Positions 57,637-64,000 of a stretch of DNA of 64,000 bases are shown here, piece by piece. The position numbers were made by a program, and so were the translations under genes. This DNA comes from Nanohaloarchaea archaeon B1-Br10_U2g1. Its GTDB lineage: Archaea > Nanohalarchaeota > Nanosalinia > Nanosalinales > Nanosalinaceae. The stretch is from assembly GCA_001563875.1 (NCBI GenBank), contig LKMN01000002.1:11324-75323 (forward strand), in the 5' to 3' direction. The notes under the pieces were generated by a model, which made no database searches, was not told the origin of the DNA, and was given only the letters and a program-made list of their open reading frames with translations. Numbering within the stretch: position 1 is the stretch's first letter; every line of letters starts with the position of its first letter.

Positions 57637-58655
57637 CAGTGTAGAGGACTCCATTCAGGTAGGTCGTCGTCCGCTCTAAGCTTCATAACTCTGTTCAGAG
57701 CTACTCCAAACAGAGAGACAATCATTAGGCCTAGAAGGTATAGAGCTACGACTTCTCCTGGCTCCAAAGGATTTTCTGTAAGCTGGATCAGTAGTAGTGA
57801 TGCCCAGGAGTAAAGCGATGTTGCTGCAAGCACCACCACATATTTATCTAGGTTGTAAGGAACTTCTTCGTCGCCCTCTCTGTATCTTACATCTGTTATC
57901 TTCTCTGATACATAGAGACTGTGAACAGAGTCGTTCAGAATCAGGAATCCTGCTGCAAGCGCTGCACCGATGAAAGATGCCTCTGTTAGAAGTGAGGAAT
58001 CTCCTATTGCAAGTGCTGCGCCCGACACAACTACTGCTGCAAGTGCTGCCCATGTTAACTGGTTTACAGTGTTTAGTGTTTTGGCTTGGATCTCCGAGAT
58101 TTCAAAGTCTCTTAGAGAGTCAAATAGCAGCGTGTTGTACGAAAGTGCTGTACCTAATCCGGACGCCGCAGCTATTATTGCTGCCCAGAACAGTATTCCG
58201 GAGTACTGTGCCATCAGCGCTGTCAGACCTACTGTTGCTGCAGGTACTGCAACCACAAGTATTCCTAGTGATATCGAGGCCGATACTAGACACCAAGTAC
58301 ACCACATCTTCAACGTCACTCCCTGTATATATGTCAGGTAAGCCGAGAAAAGTACAGCTATAATACTTGACATAATTACACCGAAGACAAACCAGCTGGG
58401 AGTTACCTGCGGCGTTAAAACGAATATACTGTAAGCAACTACTATTATACTGTAGTAGAGTATTCCGAGTATTTCTACATCGAAACCTAGAAACTTGGAG
58501 TATTTACTTGTTATAACATCTTCACACGAACCGTCCATAGGACAGGCCATGCCTTCTACGGTAGTTTTTTTCTGATAATGTAGATATATCGATATTCCGA
58601 GTCCTGCAAGACCTAGAACTATTATAGCTGCCTGAAATACTGCTTGAGATAACAT
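57636..58655 (-). CDS. Vitamin K epoxide reductase (VKOR) family protein with extra C-terminal TM domain
   Basis: Loop cysteines 'CPMDGSCEDVITSKYS' and active-site 'WCTWC'. Confidence 0.88.
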   Translation of the reverse strand: MLSQAVFQAAIIVLGLAGLGISIYLHYQKKTTVEGMACPMDGSCEDVITSKYSKFLGFDVEILGILYYSIIVVAYSIFVLTPQVTPSWFVFGVIMSSIIAVLFSAYLTYIQGVTLKMWCTWCLVSASISLGILVVAVPAATVGLTALMAQYSGILFWAAIIAAASGLGTALSYNTLLFDSLRDFEISEIQAKTLNTVNQLTWAALAAVVVSGAALAIGDSSLLTEASFIGAALAAGFLILNDSVHSLYVSEKITDVRYREGDEEVPYNLDKYVVVLAATSLYSWASLLLIQLTENPLEPGEVVALYLLGLMIVSLFGVALNRVMKLRADDDLPEWSPLH

Positions 58656-58733
58656 ATAATTAACCTCAATATCTGGAGCACTAAATAAGTTTACGGTACA
58701 GTTTATGAAACTCGGCCGTTAAAATCGTTCTTA

Positions 58734-58800
58734 GATGATGAGAAAGTTAGTAATGTCTGATCGAGAAAATCGAGATGATGACACGAACACCCACTGACAA
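58734..58800 (+). ncRNA. Box C/D guide sRNA
   Basis: C ATGATGA 58735-41, D' CTGA 58757-60, TCGA-GAAAA-TCGA hairpin, C' ATGATGA 58775-81, D CTGA 58794-97; TATA-like TTTATGAA at 58702. Confidence 0.88.
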
Positions 58801-58850
58801 AACCATACAGTTCAGTTAAAAAGGTTTTATACAGTATAAGTTTTTACATC

Positions 58851-58925
58851 GGTGGAGGTAGGTTAGCTGGTCCATACTCCGACCTTGTGGCGGTCGGGAC
58901 GCGGGTTCGAATCCCGCCCTCCGCC
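58851..58925 (+). tRNA. tRNA-His(GTG) with encoded G-1
   Basis: G-GTGGAGG/CCTCCGC-C acceptor, CGACC-TTGTGGC-GGTCG anticodon arm, GCGGG-TTCGAAT-CCCGC T arm. Confidence 0.95.
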
Positions 58926-59065
58926 CTATTACAGACTGTTTTTCCCAAACCCTTCTCAGAAATTATTTCAGATACCTACCAAACCTCGTAACTGTTTTAA
59001 CAAGAATGGTTTTTCAGAACGTTTATGAAAGTCTTCTAATCTACTCTCAAAATCGATTGATATAG

Positions 59066-60076
59066 TTAAGCTGTCGGGTAGATTGGCTCTCCATCCAGTC
59101 TTGACATATGAATTACATCAGGCGAAGAGTTATGAGAGACATGCTCCTCATCCGATTTAATTACATTAATACCATATTTTCCATCTTCCGGTCTTGTATA
59201 GCTTATGCATCCGCTTTCCTCATATTTCTCTTCCATACGCGCTTCATGTACTAAAGCTCTTCCTTCCAATGAACCTATTTTAATATCCAAGTTATCTTCC
59301 TTTGCTCTTTGCCTATATTCCTTCAACTCACTTTTTGGTATGTAGATACTCATTTCTTCTTCAGGAACATAACTCGTACATACTTCGTTGAGGAATGAAG
59401 CATCTAGCTCATTATGGTCTAGGTGCTCAAAAAATCCGTACTTCATCAAAATTTCAGGATTTATTTTTTCATCGTTTAAGAGAGAGTAGCCAGCTTCCTG
59501 AGCACTCTCATCCCCATCTTCTACATCAGCTATTATTCCGTCCTCGTCGTAGTCAAAAAACTCACTTAGCGGATATTCGTCGTTAGGGCCTTGTTCACAT
59601 GCCTCCGACACCACTGATGCGTGATAACGATTAAGATCTGCTCCTAATGTTTCCCTTATTGCATTAACATTTTTGCTATCTATTTTTATACTGTCAAAAC
59701 TTCTAAGAGGAATTTCAACAACCATTGGAGACTCCAAAGTGCCTACATTCACATTTTCCAACTCCGGATTTCGAAGATAGTCATTAGCTTCTGTAACCTC
59801 TGCATATCTCAATGCGATTGAATATGAAGTGGAAAAACAGACATCTTCGTGGTTTGATAACTCTCCTGTTTCAGCATCATTTTCTTTTCCAGGAACTAAT
59901 CCCTCCTCTACTATATCTTCAAAGTTTGTCGTGTCAGTGCCGTGTTTTAGCGTCGTTTCTTCTAATTCCCGAGTGTATAAGCCCCAGTTTGAACTTACTT
60001 CGTCTGATATTTCGTGAAAACCCTCATTATCAGTAGAATTTGCTCTTTCATTTAGTTTTTCACGAACCGATTCCAT
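59066..60076 (-). CDS. Hypothetical protein with ADP-ribosyltransferase-like motifs
   Basis: 'LKHGT...IVEEGLVP', 'VCFST...ALRYA', 'PMVVEI', 'NEV...VPEE'. Confidence 0.6.
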   Translation of the reverse strand: MESVREKLNERANSTDNEGFHEISDEVSSNWGLYTRELEETTLKHGTDTTNFEDIVEEGLVPGKENDAETGELSNHEDVCFSTSYSIALRYAEVTEANDYLRNPELENVNVGTLESPMVVEIPLRSFDSIKIDSKNVNAIRETLGADLNRYHASVVSEACEQGPNDEYPLSEFFDYDEDGIIADVEDGDESAQEAGYSLLNDEKINPEILMKYGFFEHLDHNELDASFLNEVCTSYVPEEEMSIYIPKSELKEYRQRAKEDNLDIKIGSLEGRALVHEARMEEKYEESGCISYTRPEDGKYGINVIKSDEEHVSHNSSPDVIHMSRLDGEPIYPTA

Positions 60077-60236
60077 ACATGTTACTTATTCGTGACAACA
60101 TATAAATGTTTGGTTCGATTAAATTCGCCAAGAACCCGAAGCTGAATCAGAGTTATATTTACAAGTTTGCTAATTAGCCCTATCATAATAATCTGAACAG
60201 TTCTTTGGAGGTGCACACCCCCCGCCCACTCAACAA

Positions 60237-61568
60237 TTATTCTTCAGGAGTTAACTTTCCAACACCGTAGCCGTCTCCGAACAGGTAAAGGGAGCCTTCA
60301 TGGAACTCTACGTTCCTTAGCCGGTTGTCGATTTCTTCCGTTTCCCTTATGTAGAACACTTCGCCTTCCGTTTCTTCACCATCTAAGTCGATTGCATAAA
60401 CCATGCTTCCTCTAAGTCCTGTTACGAAGTAGTATCCGTACCAAGGATGTTTTTTATCGTCGACGAAAGTTGTTCCTGAGGGAGCTAGAGTCCATTCATC
60501 GAAACAGTAGACCGGATCTGTAGTGTTTTCAGCCTCAACTGTTTCTTCGTAGGGCTCTCCACATCTTTCTGCAGGCCAGCCGTAGTTAGCCCCAGGCTCT
60601 ATCCTGTTTACCTCATCATATCTCCATGGTCCGTGCATCGAAACGTATGGATCTCCTGTTTCCGGATGGAAATCTATTCCTTGAGGGTTTCTCAAGCCTT
60701 TGGCGTATACGTAACTGTCTTTAGGATTGGTTTCAGGTATTTCTCCGTCAAGCGTTGTTCTCAAGACCTTTCCTCCTAAGAAATCTGGTTCCTGTGCTTT
60801 ACCGTACAGTTCCTCATAGTCGGACTTAAGAAACTCTGAATCGCCTGTAGTGACGTAGAGGTACCCTTCAGGGTCTATATCTATTCTTCCTCCGGAATGT
60901 CCGGAGCTTCCATCTATATCATCTATCAGTACTTCTTCATCGGTTAGTTCGCCGTTTTCATAGGTGAAACGGGAGACTCTGTTGTATATAGGATCTACGT
61001 CTTCGGAAGGATCAGGATCTAACTCCTGCCACTCTCCTTTGTAGTAGTATAGGTATACATAACGGTTCTCTTCAAACTCTGGATCGGCAGCTACTCCTAA
61101 TAGACCTGTATTCCCGAACTTCTCCGTCCCTACTTCTGCAGAGTCTATCTCGTTCTCACCGTCGTGGTGAACAAGTTTTCCGTCAAGCTCGGTGTAGAGG
61201 AACGTACCGTTATCTAGGAACTCTGCGTCCCATGCAGCATTATCTCCTACATCCAGAGATTCAACACTGTACTCCTCATCAGTCATAGGTGCTTTAACAT
61301 AGTTGACCTGGTCTGTAAACATTGAGACCTCTTCAATACCTTCACTTGTGTACTCACAGTTTGTATCTCCTTCTTCACAGTCTTGGTACTCTGTTATCTC
61401 GGTCTGGATACATGTGTCCTTATCCGTAAATGTACAGTCCCATACAGAGTAACTATCACCGCCTTCATCCGTTAACACCACAGCAGTAGTAGCTGCAACA
61501 ACAAAAACAAGTAATGTTAGAGAAAACAGGTATCTTCTTTCCTTGAACTTTTCTACATCAAAATCCAT
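60237..61568 (-). CDS. Membrane-anchored PQQ-dependent sugar dehydrogenase (GSDH/YliI family)
   Basis: 'GLLGVAADPEF', 'HSGGRI', 'LYVTTGD', 'GKVLR', 'GLRNPQG', 'DEVN', 'NYGWP', 'APSG', 'RLR'; N-terminal TM. Confidence 0.92.
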   Translation of the reverse strand: MDFDVEKFKERRYLFSLTLLVFVVAATTAVVLTDEGGDSYSVWDCTFTDKDTCIQTEITEYQDCEEGDTNCEYTSEGIEEVSMFTDQVNYVKAPMTDEEYSVESLDVGDNAAWDAEFLDNGTFLYTELDGKLVHHDGENEIDSAEVGTEKFGNTGLLGVAADPEFEENRYVYLYYYKGEWQELDPDPSEDVDPIYNRVSRFTYENGELTDEEVLIDDIDGSSGHSGGRIDIDPEGYLYVTTGDSEFLKSDYEELYGKAQEPDFLGGKVLRTTLDGEIPETNPKDSYVYAKGLRNPQGIDFHPETGDPYVSMHGPWRYDEVNRIEPGANYGWPAERCGEPYEETVEAENTTDPVYCFDEWTLAPSGTTFVDDKKHPWYGYYFVTGLRGSMVYAIDLDGEETEGEVFYIRETEEIDNRLRNVEFHEGSLYLFGDGYGVGKLTPEE

Positions 61569-61666
61569 AGTATACTTTCTTTTATGGAACAACCTTTTAG
61601 TTAATTTGACCTGTACTCAACAGTCTACTTCCGTCTTTAAGTAGAAAGACTACAAATTTCTCTACA

Positions 61667-62881
61667 ATGTCAGAGCTTGAAGACGCCAGGGAGAACCTTA
61701 GAGAAGCACTCAAATCGATAGGAAAGGAAGAATACTACAGGCGTTTAAAAAGCCCTGAACGTTTTGTAGAGGTTAACTTTCCTGTAAAGCTTGACTCCGG
61801 GAAAACAAAGATGTTCAAAGGATACCGTTCACAGCATTCAACATTGAGAGGGCCTGCGAAAGGAGGTATAAGGTTCTCAGAGAACGTTACAGAGGACGAG
61901 GTTAAAGCTTTGTCTATATGGATGTCTCTGAAATGTGCTGTAGCCGGTCTTCCGTTTGGAGGCGGTAAAGGAGGCGTAGCGGTTGATACCGGCGAGCTCT
62001 CAAAATCAGAGGAGGAACGTCTCTCCCGGCGATACATAGATTCAGTAGCCGAATTAATAGGAGAGAACAAAGATATACCTGCTCCCGACATGAATACTTC
62101 TGCCCGACATATGGCATGGATGATGGATGAGTACAGCCAAGACGAAAGAGAGCTGAAACCAGCCGTAATAACAGGTAAACCTGTAGAGTTGTTCGGAAGC
62201 AAAGGAAGGAAAGAAGCTACCGGCTACGGCGCAGCATATATAATAGAAGATATAATGGAACGGGAAAATCTTGAAGACCCTACCGCTGCAGTCCAAGGCT
62301 TTGGAAACGCTGCAGCTCCCGCAGTAAGAAAGCTGGAAGAGATTGGAGTGAAGGTGGTCGCTGTCTCTGATAGCTCGGGAACTGCCTATGACGAAAACGG
62401 TTTAGACCACAGCAATCTTGTAGAGTGCCGGAGAGATCATGGAGAAGTCTGTCTTGCCGGAGAGAGACTTGAACCAGAGGAGGTGCTAGAGCTTGACGTA
62501 GACTTCCTAGTTCCTGGAGCGATAGCCGGAGTAATAAACAAGGAGAACGTTGAACGCGTTAAAGCAGATTATATCGTGGAGATAGCGAACGGACCTACGA
62601 CTAGAGAGGCCGACAAGGTTCTGGAAGAGAAAGGTATAGAGATGGTGCCGGACATACTTGCGAACTCGGGAGGAGTGACCGCTTCATACTACGAATGGGT
62701 TCAGAACCGTACAGGAGAGTACTGGAAGAAGGAAGAAGTCCTGGAGAAGCTAAAGAAAAGTTTACAGGAAGCCTACAGACAGTTCGAGGATGTGAGGAAG
62801 GAGAAAGAGTTGTATGGACGAGAGGCAGCCTACGTGATAGCAGCCAAGAAGCTGGTTAGCTCTAGTGAGTCCATGGAATAA
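61667..62881 (+). CDS. gdhA: Glutamate dehydrogenase (Glu/Leu/Phe/Val DH family)
   Basis: 'GPAKGGIR', 'GGGKGG', 'DIPAPD', 'TGKP', 'ATGYG', 'QGFGN', 'EIANGP', 'PDILANSGGV'. Confidence 0.95.
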   Translation: MSELEDARENLREALKSIGKEEYYRRLKSPERFVEVNFPVKLDSGKTKMFKGYRSQHSTLRGPAKGGIRFSENVTEDEVKALSIWMSLKCAVAGLPFGGGKGGVAVDTGELSKSEEERLSRRYIDSVAELIGENKDIPAPDMNTSARHMAWMMDEYSQDERELKPAVITGKPVELFGSKGRKEATGYGAAYIIEDIMERENLEDPTAAVQGFGNAAAPAVRKLEEIGVKVVAVSDSSGTAYDENGLDHSNLVECRRDHGEVCLAGERLEPEEVLELDVDFLVPGAIAGVINKENVERVKADYIVEIANGPTTREADKVLEEKGIEMVPDILANSGGVTASYYEWVQNRTGEYWKKEEVLEKLKKSLQEAYRQFEDVRKEKELYGREAAYVIAAKKLVSSSESME

Positions 62882-62947
62882 GAGCCGGTGGTTCCAGACC
62901 CTCGCCTAGTACGCGTTCTTTTTAAGGAGAAACGAGTTAACAGTGTT

Positions 62948-63604
62948 ATGATAGTAGCTGGTAAATGTCCGCCGGAAAAAGAAGAGCTTAGATACGCGGC
63001 AGAAAGAGGTTTTGAACATGTAGAGCTCTACCTCGAGAAGAAACATCTGGACCAGATAGAGGAAACTGTTGAAAACGTTAAAAAATCAGATGTAGAGGCT
63101 GTATCCGTTCATACACCTCATGTGAGTCTGGACAACAGAGGATATCTGAAGCTTGCCGACTACCTGGCCTCAGAGCTCAATGCATATCTCGTGTTTCACT
63201 CCCAGTTCCTTCACCATACACATATACCTGAGCTGGAGAAGCTGAATATAAAATCGTCTTACGGCTATGAAAACAATCCGGGTGTAAGCAAAACGTTTCT
63301 GGAGAAAGGTATAGTAGAACAGGGCCACGAACTGGTTCTTGACACCGCTCATTTCTTTCTTGGAGATCACAGCTCAGAAGATTTCAGAAGTTTCTTGGAG
63401 ACAAATATAGAATGCATAGAGCTAATCCATCTATGCGACTCAAGCTGGACTAAAGACGGTCTTCCGTTCGGAGAGGGAGATATGGATATGGAGAGATTCT
63501 GCCAAGATATCGATGACTCTGGCTTCGACGGCATACTTGTCTTCGAAGTCATGCCCGACCACCAGGAAGATGCGTTTGAGAAATGGAAGGACTACACCAG
63601 ATAA
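62948..63604 (+). CDS. Xylose isomerase-like TIM barrel (AP endonuclease 2 family) protein
   Basis: 'VELY', 'VHTP', 'VFH', 'YEN', 'LDTAH', 'IHLCD', 'GEGDMD', 'VFE'. Confidence 0.85.
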   Translation: MIVAGKCPPEKEELRYAAERGFEHVELYLEKKHLDQIEETVENVKKSDVEAVSVHTPHVSLDNRGYLKLADYLASELNAYLVFHSQFLHHTHIPELEKLNIKSSYGYENNPGVSKTFLEKGIVEQGHELVLDTAHFFLGDHSSEDFRSFLETNIECIELIHLCDSSWTKDGLPFGEGDMDMERFCQDIDDSGFDGILVFEVMPDHQEDAFEKWKDYTR

Positions 63605-63612
63605 TCGAACCC

Positions 63613-63974
63613 TATTTAAAGTTTTGAGCTGATTGTATGGATGCGGACAGAGAGATCATTCTATGAAGTCCGCGAGACCAGTCTAACCATTTATAAGATT
63701 TAACACAGACTGTTTTGTTACCCGTTCACGAGAGTGTCCGGGTGAAAGCCTGAGAGGGCCAAGATGAGCGTAATACTTTTTACGTGATGTAGGAGAGACG
63801 GACCCGAAAGTACATTCTATGTACTTTCATTCGAAAGTGTATTACACTTTCAACACTATGTAGCTGCACACATTCAATTGTGTGCGGTGTGTGATGGAAC
63901 CTATGGATGGTTCCGCTTGAGAAGATTTTCTTGAAAATCTTCGACCCGTCACAACCCTCCATTTCGATGGAGCA
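63613..63974 (+). promoter_or_regulatory. rRNA operon promoters and 5' external transcribed spacer
   Basis: TATTTAAA 63613-20 and TTTATAAG 63690-97; hairpins GGAACC/GGTTCC (63896-914) and GAAGATTTTC/GAAAATCTTC (63921-42). Confidence 0.7.
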
Positions 63975-64000
63975 ATTCCGGTTGATCCTGCCGGAGGCTA
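63975..64000 (+). rRNA. rrs: 16S rRNA, 5' end (truncated by window edge)
   Basis: ATTCCGGTTGATCCTGCCGGA is the canonical archaeal 16S 5' terminus. Confidence 0.96.

Noticed and set aside
63780-63962. 60-aa minus-strand ORF
   Set aside because: Antisense to the rRNA leader, with atypical composition.

Overview
64 kb of an archaeal chromosome that looks like Nanohaloarchaeota (DPANN). That assignment is an inference from the strongly acidic proteome, compact gene packing, archaeal information-processing genes, TTTAWAA TATA boxes, GGTGA Shine-Dalgarno motifs and an archaeal 16S 5' end at the window edge. The core content is conserved translation/transcription clusters (rps6e-aIF2g-PIN-rpo7-spt4-rps24e-rps27ae-kae1...bud32; rps15-RecJ-rps3ae; rpl18e-rpl13-rps9-rpoN), four tRNAs and the rRNA leader. 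Also present are Lhr, a MoxR/vWA/DUF58 cluster, Trk and Kef transporters, a photolyase, a three-gene ATP-citrate-lyase-like system, lipoate salvage genes and GDH. The strongest candidate for an undescribed system is a 4-gene block at 24073-28320, inserted between aIF2g and the PIN gene. It encodes an MscS channel fused to a phytochelatin-synthase/C39-like Cys-His-Asp domain, a degenerate and an intact RimK-type ATP-grasp ligase, and a DUF1611 P-loop protein. Other items not in the ORF track or not obvious from it: a textbook box C/D guide sRNA upstream of tRNA-His, structured r-protein leaders (one K-turn-like), rps27ae, a coiled-coil histone, an ADP-ribosyltransferase-fold ORFan, and two paralogous coiled-coil/OB-like proteins. 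No CRISPR array, transposase or integrase was seen. All calls come from reading motifs by eye; no searches were run.
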